Counted from the first letter of the whole stretch, positions 48,701 through 60,699 are shown. The stretch: 63,548 nucleotides of DNA, filler included, from Perkinsus chesapeaki ATCC PRA-425 (GCA_013115145.1; 10 parts of 10 records of this genome joined end to end with filler, not necessarily neighbours in it), one strand, 5' to 3'. Notes: generated from the letters alone by a model not told the origin. A program made the numbers and translations.

Positions 48701-50743
48701 GAACATGGAGGGAGCCTACTCACCGACTTCAATGAGATTCATTGCCGAAGGTAAGATGAATTATCCAGAAAAGCTCCGTGGAGCGTACCGCTCCATTAGT
48801 GAGCATGGAAAGTCCGGATTAAGTGTTGATACTTTTCTCTCTGACCTGAACCCAGTTATGCACACCATTGGCGACGACTTTGCAGCTGCAATGCTACCTG
48901 TATTAGAGAGCCTTCGCAGGGTAAAGGGCGACCTTGCCACGACCGGGGACCATGATCGAGTAAGAGCAGCAGACAACTGCATCGCGTTCAGTGACGTACT
49001 CTGCGAAACCGACGACTTGGGAAAGCTCTCAAACTTTTGCCTGGTGCTCAGCAGCTGTCGAATGTTGGGTAACCTGGAGAACTGCGTTACCATAGGACTG
49101 GATGCAAGCTTCAACCTATTATGTGCAGATCTCGCCGTGTGCGTAATCTGCAACCTCAGGCGAGGATCCACTGCATTGCCGGTAGCACTTGCGATAATTC
49201 GGCGAGAATCAACCGCATCCGTACACCACTGCCTCCGAGTTCTTGCCAAAGCAGCAGAAGTGGTTGGCCTTGTAAACTGGAAACCTCGAGAAGCCGTGCT
49301 AGACGGCTCTCCAAGCCTTCATAGAGGGCTGAAAGAAGCACTAGGGGATAACATAAAGACCACCAGCTGCTACTTTCATGTCATTAAACGAGCCAAGGAC
49401 TGCAAGGGGCGCACGCAGCTGGACGCAGCGACATGGAGGGCAGTCAGGAATGACCTGAAGCTAATGGCATCGTCATGGAGCCGAGTAGAATGGAGTCGAT
49501 TACGAGATCTATTTTGTGAGAAATGGAACGAAAGTAAGCCCTAGCAACGACGCATTTTTACAACACACAGCTATAAATGATCCGCTTCATGATATAATAA
49601 ATGAAATACCAATACAAAGCGAATATATAGAGGTTGAATCCATTGAGGCTCACAATTTCTGGGCAATATAGGAACCGAGAATATCTCTGTACTCTAGAAA
49701 CCCACTCTGTTCAACCTATGAAGAAATTTGAAATTACCAAGCTTTATGCATCACTTTGAACTACTGGAACAAATTTTGTAACAATATTCACGAGTCCAAC
49801 GACGCAGAACCCACACATAGGAAAGTATTACTTACAGGCGCTCGAGACCAGGAATGACTCTGACTTGCTGAATGTTTTCCTTCCGTCAGTTGGACTGAGC
49901 AATAGCAGAGTGAAGGCCTTCTTGAAGGAGTTCCGAGTTTATCTGAAAGAGGAAGAGTGGCGCAGTTACTGGGCCAGGCACGCATGCGAACAATATGGGC
50001 CACGGACTAACAATGCGGTGGAGCGATTTAATCGAGAGATGAAGGACCGCATAACCATCGACCGCCGACCTCGAACATTGTCCAACTTCGCATCCTTCGT
50101 GAAAAATCCGCCTTCATGGGCAGGACTTTCACAATACGGTAGAGCAACGACGCGAGGACAGATCACCAGAGACCTTCGGCGACAAGCAGCTAAGGACTAT
50201 GTGGGCAACAACTTCATGCAAGTACCGAGAACCTGGGCATCAAGTGTTGCTAGTGCGCTAGGCAAGCCCCAAAATCAATGGATTTTCAGTCGCAAAGCTG
50301 ATAATACGGGGCCGAATTTGCGAGAGAATGAGAAAGCAAAACGCTTACTACGAAGTGAGTACCGTGATCTCAAGGATGCGCACAAGCTACACAAGTCATT
50401 CTGCATCGTTAGCTATACTACCAGCTCCAATCCAGACTTACCGGCACCTGCAGGACCCTGGTGCAGTTGCGATATGTGGGCCAAAAACGATGCCTGCTCG
50501 CACGTAGCTTGTACCGTGTATGCGGTAGGGGGCGATGGATCTGAAGAAGCACAAAAGCAATGGAATGAAATATTCGCAAGTTTTGACAAACCGGCGAGAC
50601 GAAGAGGAGAAGGAGGGCGATACGACACTCAAGAGCTAACCGAAACAGTGCGATACGGCTTAAACAGACACAAGAGGAAGCCCCAAGAAATGCCAGAAAG
50701 TGAACCGAGCGGGAAGAGAAACTGTCCGGAAGAAAACATGTAG
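45707..50743 (+). CDS. Pif1-like helicase-MULE transposase-SWIM fusion protein (3 exons, ~1452 aa)
   Basis: Exons 45707-46509, 46832-49533, 49890-50743 total 4359 nt in one frame with GT-AG introns. Pif1 motifs: ITGFAGTGKT, IVDEVG, FGGIVTVLLGDPCQL, YLTKFHR, CLTNAEADKYN, RRQFPLMISYALTCHKTQG, AYTMLSRV. MULE motifs: GLDASF, VLDGS, CYFH, RTNNAVERFN. SWIM: CSC-x7-CSH. Confidence 0.9.
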
Positions 50744-52258
50744 CACAGACACACAAGAAGACAGGTAGGGCATAGGCATTAAGATATCGAGGTTACACGT
50801 TGAAATATTATAGGTACCAACCACTCAATTGTTTATAAACCGATAACCAAAGCTTACGTATTCGTAGGCAATAAGTTGTATCAGAAGATGCATAGCACTG
50901 CTCCCATGTTGACGCTGTTGGTAAACAACTTGTCTGGTTACAGTAAGTACAATTGTGTGAGGTGCCACCAAATAAATTGCCTAGTGAGCTAATACAACAC
51001 GTAAAATACCTGACAATCACAGGGAGAGGATTGCTATACTCGATCATGTCCTACCTCAACCTTGCGGACAACCTTCTACAAGACTGACTTCCTATAAGTG
51101 GGTCTCGGCAACGTTCGATATAAGGCAATTAACGGGCCCATGAGAAGGTAATCAGCAAGGATAATCACTGAACCACGTAAAACAACAATCACAAACACGA
51201 CATTGAAAGCACTACAACTCAAGCTAAAGCCTGCATATTAACGAGCAATAGGATATAAGGGGAAGGGAAAGATAGGCGCTATGAACTCGCACGCAACGCG
51301 AACCGTTTCAGATTTATGGGCGAGCGAGATATGAGGTCGTAGGGTCGAATGCCGGCAAGAGCATTTTTAAACATTTTTTCCACGCGCGCGAAAGAGAAAT
51401 GAATGAATAACTCCTCACAGACGGGGAACTTCCAAAGTCCCGGTACCCAGAGAGGGGTAGACTGACTCGTATAGGTGTGCGGGCCGAAGGCCCGCTCAAT
51501 TTAACCGATAGGTCAAATTTCTGAGAAGTGATACTTTTGGGACCACCGTGTGATACATTTGGGACCGCGCAGCACCAAACAATCAAAACAAATGTTAGCT
51601 GCTCGTATTCATACAACTAAGGTGATGAGTATTTCAAGCTGTAAACTGATCTTTCTACATCAACTACAGATGTATGCTGTCTCGGTGGGTTTTCGACAAC
51701 CTTTATTGCCGGGTATTTGATATGTAGATGTGATGTCTGAATTATAGACATAGTCAAGGCTAATGGTTGTCGGACAATAATTAAATTGTCTTTGAATATA
51801 AGAGTGTACACATTCGAATGTTTGGGTGGTCTTTCGGATAAGTGGGTTGTTTGCACCTAATGGACACCAAGGGTCTATAAGAGACCGCAGGTCTTTAACG
51901 TGACCGAGAAATGGTTAGTCTTGTCTTGTAAAGCAGCTGCAACATTGCGCCGCACAATAGTAGGTGAGGGTGCTAATATACTTTGTAAAATATGATGTCG
52001 TCGAATAAGCCCATTTATACAGTAGAAGTCGATCTCATTACTGGTTCACCATAAAGTGGGATGGTAGAAATAATTCCATAATTAATTCAATGAACAGAGT
52101 GAGTGATTGTGCGGAATTGGATAATATGCGCCGCTGGGGGGGGGGGGGGGGGGGGGGGGGGGGGAAAAAAAAAAAAAAAAAAGGGGGGGGGGGGGGGGGG
52201 GCGGCCCCCCCCCCCCCCCCCCGGGGGGCGGGGGGGGGGGGGTTGGTTTTGCTATTGG

Positions 52259-52358
52259 NNNNNNNNNNNNNNNNNNNNNNNNNNNNNNNNNNNNNNNNNN
52301 NNTTAATTAATTAANNNNNNNNNNNNNNNNNNNNNNNNNNNNNNNNNNNNNNNNNNNN
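52259..52358. other. Artificial contig linker
   Basis: Same 100-nt cassette. Confidence 0.98.
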
Positions 52359-55352
52359 CGCGATAGACTTCGGTGGTCACCAGCGCATACATTGAGCTTC
52401 CTGAGGAGACCACGGATCGCTGGTCTAATACTTGATATCGTCACATAGCTTGAACCGGATAATGTTTTAGTCACCTTTTCGAATGGAGAGAGGAGTTCCA
52501 ACAACCCGTCGGTCAGATCCTCGTCTCTTGGAGTAAGTGCATAGCGAGACATATGCTGCCTCAACGGGTCAGATTTCGGCCTTGCCAAACACTGCCGCTG
52601 GAATAAGCCAAAACCATCCCGAAACTTCACGAACCATGAGAGTAGCCTGCTGGTGGAGTTCCAGCGAACAACAACATCACGGGGGATAACTTGGAATTTG
52701 AGTTTGCCGTCGTAGGACCGAGAGATACTCTCATCGAGCAAGTCGTGAGCAACATTGGAAACCCGTAAGAGCCTGGCATGAGAACGAAGCTTCTTCACTA
52801 ACCCACTGACGCTTTTGGTATCTCTGCTCCCATCAGTTTCCACGCCTTCTGACCAGGCACCATCCAGATCGCCATCGATGTCGGCACTTCCAAGGTCGGA
52901 GTCGTCACCGTCGTCGTCATTTTCGTCCAATTCAAGAAACCGGTCGTCTTCGCGTATGAGGTCCTGGAGGGCGTAGTCTACTGCATCGGGTCCTAGGACT
53001 GCTGGGTGATCTCCTGCAGCGTTTGTGGAGTCAAATTGGGAGTCCTGAGATTGCTTCAAATCCTCAAGCGAGGTAGAGGCCCACATTCCTAAGCCGTTGA
53101 CTACACACAAGTGCAACTTATGTGCAGCGCAGCCAAGATGGACAAAGTCACCCATATGCAAAACGTCCTTAAGGACAGTCATGGCGCGGAAGTTAGAGCT
53201 TGCACTGTCTGTAGTAAATGCACGAACCTTCAGTAGGCACTGTGAAGCTTGTAGAGCGTCATGAACATGTCGAGCAATATTCTCACCAGTGTGCCTGCCG
53301 GTGAGCTCAATGAAATCGATGCGCTTGCTCCGAAGGCTTCCCTCGGAAACGAAGTGCCCCGTAAGACTGATGAAGGAACTTCTAGAGGACCGCGACCATA
53401 TATCTATGGTCAAACTGAGGTCGAGAATGTCTCTCAATTCATCTGAAACGAAATATATTAGAGTCTGTATAATAGAAAATGGTAAAAAGTCTCACCAGCA
53501 GTTGCTTGAAAATGGTCTTGTAGGCGCCTTCTAATCTCTCTGCCAAGGGCCCTTCTTGAGTCGACAGATTCAGTGTCATCGCTATCGTCATCAGGCGTAG
53601 CTCCGTCAATACTGAAGTAGCTTATAACAGATTTGACACTCTGGTGTCCATCAGCCTGGAACTCGGTGCTGCTATACTTCGGGTCAAGAAACGTGGAGCA
53701 AACACATATATCACCAGTGATACTGTTTGGCTGCAAAGCATACTGAAAGTAATACTCGAATTTGTCAGCCAGACCTTTGCTCAATCGCGATAGACTTCGG
53801 TGGTCACCAGCGCATACATTGAGCTTCCTGAGGAGACCACGGATCGCTGGTCTAATACTTGATATCGTCACATAGCTTGAACCGGATAATGTTTTAGTCA
53901 CCTTTTCGAATGGAGAGAGGAGTTCCAACAACCCGTCGGTCAGATCCTCGTCTCTTGGAGTAAGTGCATAGCGAGACATATGCTGCCTCAACGGGTCAGA
54001 TTTCGGCCTTGCCAAACACTGCCGCTGGAATAAGCCAAAACCATCCCGAAACTTCACGAACCATGAGAGTAGCCTGCTGGTGGAGTTCCAGCGTACAACA
54101 ACATCACGGGGGATAACTTGGAATTTGAGTTTGCCGTCGTAGGACCGAGAGATACTCTCATCGAGCAAGTCGTGAGCAACATTGGAAACCCGTAAGAGCC
54201 TGGCATGAGAACGAAGCTTCTTCAATAACCCACTGACGCTTTTGGTATCTCTGCTCCCATCAGTTTCCACGCCTTCTGACCAGGCACGATCCAGATCGCC
54301 ATCGATGTCGGCACTTCCAAGGTCGGAGTCGTCACCGTCGTCGTCGTTTTCGTCCAATTCAAGAAACCGGTCGTCTTCGCGTATGAGGTCCTGGAGGGCG
54401 TAGTCTACTGCATCGGGTCCTAGGACTGCTGGGTGATCTCCTGCAGCGTTTGTGGAGTCAAATTGGGAGTCCTGAGATTGCTTCAAATCCTCAAGCGAGG
54501 TAGAGGCCCACATTCCTAAGCCGTTGACCACACACAAGTGCAACTTATGTGCAACGCAGCCAAGATGGACAAAGTCACCCATATGCAAAACGTCCTTAAG
54601 GACAGTCATGGCGCGGAAGTTAGAGCTTGCACTGTCTGTAGTAAATGCACGAACCTTCAGTAGGCACTGTGAAGCTTGTAGAGCGTCATGAACATGTCGA
54701 GCAATATTCTCACCAGTGTGCCTGCCGGTGAGCTCAATGAAATCGATGAGCTTGCTCCGAAGGCTTCCCTCGGAAACGAAGTGCCCCGTAAGACTGATGA
54801 AGGAACTTCTAGAGGACCGCGACCATATATCTATGGTCAAACTGAGGTCGAGAATGTCTCTCAATTCATCTGAAACGAAATATATTAGAGTCTGTATAAT
54901 AGAAAATGGTAAAAAGTCTCACCAGCAGTTGCTTGAGAATGGTCTTGTAGGCGCCTTCTAATCTCTCTGCCAAGGGCCCTTCTTGATGGGAGGACGAATG
55001 TGGGGCAGAGGGAGTGGACGAATCTCTTGAAAAAGGTACCCTCTGCTATTGACAGGGGCAGTCCTGCATTGACAATGAGATCCAACGTCGTTTTCAATGA
55101 GCAAGCACTAGCCCCCATTTCTCTGAGGTCTTTCATAATCGGTGCCTCCGCCTGGCCATTTTCCTGGGCTTTGCGAACCTTGCACGTACGATTGTGGGAC
55201 TCAACCCCAGTTAGACTGCTTTTGGTCATCTTTATAAGCTTGTGACACCAAGGGCATCTTGCCTGTTCAGGCTCAACGAACTCCCAGTCTGGATATTTCA
55301 CAGCAAGATTGTCACCACGCTCCTTCTTAGGTTTCTTAGGCGGCGGCGGCAT
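52359..55352 (-). CDS. hAT-superfamily transposase with BED zinc finger and an in-frame internal duplication; 3' truncated by contig edge
   Basis: Exon 1 BED finger CPWC...HNRTC; 53-nt intron 54922-54870; LTIDIWS, FTTDSASSN, CxxH (GCVAHKLHL), VRWNST, FLDPKY; unit 53560-54986 repeated with a 1427-bp period. Confidence 0.9.
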
Positions 55353-55498
55353 TCTTCACTCAAAGTCTGGTACACTGCAATAATATCGCACCAGAAAACG
55401 TTGGGCTCGGGTGTCTTCTTCTAACTATGTCTAGCATGAACTTGCAGGGTGAATCTTGCAGCACCCACTGGGTCCGCGCGCGGTCTAATAGTGCAAGA

Positions 55499-55583
55499 TT
55501 ACGCCGTAACGGCAGCTACCGTAGTTTTATACGATTTACGGAGTCGTAACCGTAATTGCCGTAACCGTAACCGTAATCGTAAA
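55499..55583. repeat. hAT subterminal repeats (CCGTAA/TCGTAA cluster)
   Basis: About 7 copies upstream of the transposase at the contig end. Confidence 0.7.
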
Positions 55584-55683
55584 NNNNNNNNNNNNNNNNN
55601 NNNNNNNNNNNNNNNNNNNNNNNNNNNTTAATTAATTAANNNNNNNNNNNNNNNNNNNNNNNNNNNNNNNNNNNNNNNNNNNN
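55584..55683. other. Artificial contig linker
   Basis: Same 100-nt cassette. Confidence 0.98.
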
Positions 55684-56381
55684 GTTAAAAGTCAAAAATT
55701 CCGTGTACGAGTTTCATGTGTACGTAATTTATGTGTACCAATCGTTATACACCCGTATAGAGGTGCTCTACTACCGATGGAGTCCTTCCGATACCGATGA
55801 TGACCTTGTTATCGGATGACCTAGTGGTGGTAGGAATTGGGTCTGAGCCAAGGAGCTCAGGGACTTGTGGTTTTCAGGTACTGCATCCAGGAATCGGACA
55901 CCTGGTGTCGTCTTAATGGGACATTTTCCCAGGTTCCAATCCAATTTACTAAATAAGTTTTATTTTCAACCTCACACCTAATCTCTTGAGTTGATACAGT
56001 TAACCTATTGGTTGTATAGTCCTCCAAATTTACTCAGACTATGTCATAGTCTCATAGTCACTATGATGTTCTTGTGGCCATTCGCTAGTAGATTGGCAAC
56101 TCTGGGACGCTCGAATGTCAATTAGTAGTCTCGCAATTCATGAGACTCGTTTCGAGTCACTCGAAGACAGTGTCGCACGGCACGGTGCTCAGACTTTGGG
56201 CCTCAATGCTAATTCTTCATGCAGCACGACTATGTTCTGTGGTGCTCTTCAGCATCTGCGCTTACTATTGCCACCATCCTGATAATGTCAGAAGAAAAAA
56301 CTACATTCAAAGCTATTAATCGTAACCCAACAACAATTAACATTTATTGCAAATGTTACCATTGGATTTATACAAAATGGG

Positions 56382-57309
56382 CTACTCAAGTCCGAAAGGC
56401 AAAACTCGCCGGGGGCTTGGGTCGTCGACCTCGCCGGAGGCCCTCCGGCGGAGGGGAAATGGTTGAGTATCTCCAGAAAGTAGGCACTTCTCCACGTGGG
56501 ATCGCATTACGGCTTCATCAAAGACAGCTGCCGTAGGATCACTTCGACATAACACCACTTGCGTCAGTCGAGCAATAGTGTGTAAAGCACATAGGTTGCT
56601 TAGTGGAGATTGTTGCTGCACACCAACGAACGTACAAGAGCGGCTCGGACCGAATAGGTCACGAAGCCGAAGCCTCGCATTCTCGGGAACCTGCCTCGCC
56701 ATACTATCTGCATAGAAGATATCGCCGTGTGGACCAGCAGTTCTAATCACACCTGCAAAGTGGTTCTGGTTGATGAAAACCGGCTGCAACAAGAGATTAA
56801 AACCGGAGCTGGCTCGAAGGAAAGTCTAGAGACGGTAACAGATTCGGGCTTCGACATCTTCGCCTGAGACTTTCGCCAGTGGCGAATCGCCACAGAAGCA
56901 TCATCCAAGTGTCAACCACACGATCTGCGACCATCTCTCCTTCTTGCATGAGCTCAACATGGTCTTCTTCCGTCAGAACCCACCTTGCACCATCCACGTT
57001 GTGCTCCACCAACGTGTCACTAAGAGAGGAAGCCTGCGAGTTCTGCGACACAGACGGTCGCCCGGCTTCCCCATTAGCTCTGGAGCTACCTTGAACAGCT
57101 CCAGGTCGAGACTCCGGTTGGAGAGGAATGGTGACCAAATCCTCTTCGGCCTCACCACACACAGGAGTGGCTTCCACCTGAGTCTCACCAGGCGCGTCAT
57201 CGACGGGTACGTGCAGTACCACACTACCATCAGGTTGTTTCCCTTGGCTCTCTTCCATGTCGAAGAACAAATCGTCAAAGTCCTCTTTCAAATCAGAGCG
57301 AGGAACCAA
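56382..57309 (-). CDS. Ulp1/C48-like cysteine protease of the transposon-associated type, with acidic N-terminus
   Basis: LTEEDHVELMQEGEMVADRVVD, NQNHF (His), FYADS (Asp), VQQQSPLSNLCALH (Gln/Cys), DP..VFDEAVMRSHVEKC...PFP; frame change at ~56800-56865 (possible 55-nt GC-AG intron or frameshift). Confidence 0.75.
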
Positions 57310-57909
57310 CCTTCTTGTAATAGCCCTCGCGCGATCGAACCTGTCACCGATTGTAGCCTCCAGTGTCGTTGGCCCTTGGAAAAAAAGTCCGACTTTATTT
57401 CCGGAAGTGAAATAAATATGGAAAAAAAGGAAGAAAATGGAAGAAAATAGGAAATTAATTCGGGCGCGCTTTCCAGCGTGGCGGACCTTCGGTCCGCCAC
57501 ATCTTCGAACAATGGAAAAGCCGCATCTACTCGCCAGTAGCCAACACTGTTGGCTATCTCGATTCGAGATTCTCGAGGCCTGATCTGTTGGCCCAACAGA
57601 TGACTCGAGATAGCCAACTGATTCAATAACCAGAGGCTGAGCTCTCCGAGTGAATCACTCGGAGTGATGGCCCGTTTTGTGAATCGGTGCGCAGTTCTTG
57701 CTTTTCTTGCTCTCTTGCTCCTTCCTTCACACCTTCGGCGAAGTAATTGCGCAGCAATATTACTTTTGCGAATTGTGAAATGTGTTTGGAACGATGCTCG
57801 AGTCGTCGACTCGCTGAGCATGCTCGAGTGCTCGACGAGCAGCTCGAGAGCACTTGGCTAAGAGTCCGCTGTCTACTAGACAGCCTCTAGTAACGGGTTT
57901 CTCATTCCA

Positions 57910-58416
57910 GTGCTGACTGCAGTTTGTTCCACGCATGACGCGACTTCGACAGTCACCGATGCTTACAGGATATTCGGTCCAAGTTGTCCTATGGACTTCA
58001 AATCGGCGTTCATGCGTTGGTATAGCCGCAAATGCTATACCCCGATAAACAACCAAGGTAATCCTGCGGAACTCTTGACTGCACTTCGTCCGCCACGTGA
58101 AAGCGATCCGTTCATGTTGGAATGTAGCTCGTTGCATTCTAGTCCCGCTGCAGCTGGGGAACCAGAAGGTAATTGGCATTGGGCTTCGTGAAGTGTGAGG
58201 TTTGAGTGCCAGTGTTCAGATGGTGGGCCGCTGGAAGATCACAACGAACTCTCTCGCTTCGTGACACACGAGTATCTCAATTTCTATACAGACGAGGGCG
58301 TGACTGCGACGGTTCTGGATGACCAGGGTTTCCGAGAGCTACGGGTCTGCCCTAAGAGCGTCGGCAATGGTGGAGTGAGACGTTACTATTTTGGCGATCG
58401 GAACTACCTGTCTTAG
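57910..58416 (+). CDS. Possible 2-exon hypothetical protein
   Basis: Two consecutive ORFs joinable by a GT-AG intron near 58170-58220; start unclear. Confidence 0.3.
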
Positions 58417-58488
58417 GCGACCCGCCAGCAATCATAGATTGGGGAGCGATACCAGAGGGATACTCGTTGATCAGCCGCCTGAAGACGT

Positions 58489-58537
58489 TACATGGATCCT
58501 TAATCTGAAAGATTAAGGATCCTACATGGATCCTTAA
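58489..58537. repeat. 13-bp hairpin nested in a 15-bp direct repeat
   Basis: GGATCCTTAATCT-GAA-AGATTAAGGATCC (58494-58522); TACATGGATCCTTAA at 58489 and 58523. Confidence 0.85.
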
Positions 58538-58571
58538 CTGATGATTTAATCTACCCCTAGATTCCTATAGT

Positions 58572-59061
58572 ATGTCCTCCGAATCAAGTGAAAGTGAAAT
58601 ACACAGTTATACAGGTAAAAGCTCGCAACTATGAATTAGAGTTTTCATCTCATCCAGGAGAGGGCGAGAGACAGAGTGCTATCCACAATCGAGCTAATGA
58701 CTTGGAAGGAGCTGGTAGAAGGAACTCGCAATCGGTCATCAAGTTGCTTACGCACGACTTCCTTACTCGAGAAGGTCGCGGTGATCTCGGTGTACCAGTT
58801 ATCCATCGGACGTATGAATCCCCAGACATTTCTATTACAAGCCCACCTCAACCTCGGTTTGATACTGGGCGAATAATGGAAAAAACTAGGAGGAACGTTG
58901 GTGGGAGGCGCCAGAACAGAGGCCCGAAATTGTACATCATCTATTACGACGAGTTGAGGCAACAATATCATCGTGGGTTGGAAATCAGAGAGCTCACTGC
59001 TATGACCAGATCTGGAGAATTGTACATACCAATGCTAGAAGATGCAGCACATGATCGCTGA
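58572..59061 (+). CDS. Hypothetical 2-exon protein
   Basis: MSSESSESEIHSYT, then a GT-AG intron, then GEGERQSAIH... to TGA at 59061. Confidence 0.4.
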
Positions 59062-59553
59062 TTTGTATTCGGGGCCGCGTAGAGCAGGCAGTGACTAGCA
59101 GTAACTTGTTGCCATCAAGATCTACTCCTTACGTTGGCAACGTAACGTTGCATCGATATGGTAATATGTATTCTCATTACGATAATTACAGTACAATTAA
59201 CTTCAGAGTGTGCATGTCACTGCATATTGCCCTAAGTTTTAATCATTATAGTTACCAATTTGTGTTAGTTTACCACTTAATTCGGTTCATTACTGTTACT
59301 TGGCCACGATATAATTGTGAAATGGCTAAGCCATTATGGCTTTGTCACCAAAAACATTATCTGGGCGCGCGCTACCTATGGCAAGTCCATCCATCGTCGT
59401 TTCTCTGCAATATGACTTGTAAGGCCAACTGCGTAGCGTTTAGGACGCGTTTTTTGTAATATCTGGCACTACGCGAGTCATTTGATGTGGGCACAAACTT
59501 AACGAATATTAAAACCCCAAAAAGTGGTAAAAAAGGGTTTTTTTCCACTTTTT

Positions 59554-60225
59554 TTAATTTTTTTCCTCGACTTTTCTTCCATTGGAATTTTTCCTAATTT
59601 CCTTCGGAAGGAAATAAATATTTATTTCGAAACCAACGACCCTGGTAGCCTCCGTCAAATCATCTGCCGGGGAGGAACACAGATCATAAAGCAGCTGATC
59701 CGTCCGAACATAGTAACTCTTACGCTGAGGGATATCGCCCACACCATACCTCACCAACTCCAGTCGGTTCGCGGCAAATACATCGTGAACAGTGTCAATC
59801 CAAACCCACAAATTTGGATGAGCCGTGTCGCGGAAAGGACCATTCCACCTTCTGTGGAACCCCTCTTGACCATTGTTAGTACGCGGTAAATCCTCCAGCA
59901 CGCGATCACGCTGGCCCCACAACTGAGGTGCAAAGAACTTGAGAAAACCATACTGTGATCGCAAATAAGTCATAATGGTCTCAGACTCAGAATGAGGAAG
60001 ATTAGCGCATGCGAAGCGGAAACCGAGCAGCAGTTTCGAAGTAGGTAGAAAGGGCAATGACATAAGGTTGTAGAACGCCTTCTCGCGGTTCGCGTCAAGT
60101 GCATCGTCTGTCGAGGTCCACAGCTTGAGGGCACCAAACTTACGATACAGTGCTTGTCCGAAATGGAAGAGGCATATAACCACCCGTGACCGAGGCCAGA
60201 CCTCCAAGAATGCCTTCACGGCAGC
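59554..60225 (-). mobile_element. MULE transposase, C-terminal fragment (5' truncated by contig edge)
   Basis: KAFLEVWP....ICLFHFGQAL (CxxH) and PRTNNGQEGFHRRWN (catalytic Glu region). Confidence 0.88.
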
Positions 60226-60325
60226 NNNNNNNNNNNNNNNNNNNNNNNNNNNNNNNNNNNNNNNNNNNNTTAATTAATTAANNNNNNNNNNNNNNNNNNN
60301 NNNNNNNNNNNNNNNNNNNNNNNNN
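60226..60325. other. Artificial contig linker
   Basis: Same 100-nt cassette. Confidence 0.98.
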
Positions 60326-60699
60326 GCAGATCACTATGGCCGCATTCTATGGTCTGCAATAGCCAAACAATCTACAGCCTATCCGAGCTAGTGCTGCATA
60401 CGTTAGTAGCGTAAGTCTCCAGGACCCAGTGGACAGGAAATAAACACCATATTAATAATCCGCATTGCAACCTTTGTGCGACACAGTATTTCGAGTTCCT
60501 CCAGTCTCAGGGAATGCGTGCTAGCACAACCCGCATTGTGTCAGTGCTACCAACTCCCTCATCATCGTGGCCATTGGGCACAATGATTGTGCTAATAGAA
60601 CGAGCCTGGGTCAGACGGTCTGGCTATGTAAGGAAGCTCTCCTAGATTATCACGAAGTCGAGTTCGCCCCAGTAGTTGGAATAACAGCAGTGCTGTTGC

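Larger units (their letters stand above)
45037..52130 (+). mobile_element. Pif1-bearing Mutator-like DNA transposon (termini not defined)
   Basis: Contig dominated by the fusion gene; no TIR recognised. Confidence 0.6.

Noticed and set aside
51333-51363. tRNA-like 3' half (GAGGTCGTAGGGTCGAATGCCGGCAAGAGCA)
   Set aside because: T-loop is degenerate and there is no D or anticodon arm; too weak to call.
45029-52136. GCGCCGCTG at 45029-45037 and 52128-52136 as a 9-bp MULE TSD
   Set aside because: The last 4 nt of the left copy belong to the satellite unit, the right copy runs into low-quality homopolymer sequence, and no TIR lies inside. Kept only as a possibility.
52137-52242. Poly-G/poly-A/poly-C block and the Gly/Lys/Pro ORFs over it
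   Set aside because: Typical low-quality read tail at a contig end.
53261-55245. Plus-strand ORFs duplicated at 53261/54688 and 53289/54716
   Set aside because: Antisense shadows of the hAT transposase, repeated because of the 1427-bp duplication.
57395-59625. A-rich 57395-57455 and T-rich 59535-59625 as TIRs of one element
   Set aside because: Similarity is limited to short low-complexity blocks (TTATTTCC, AATGGAAGAAAA); no TSD.
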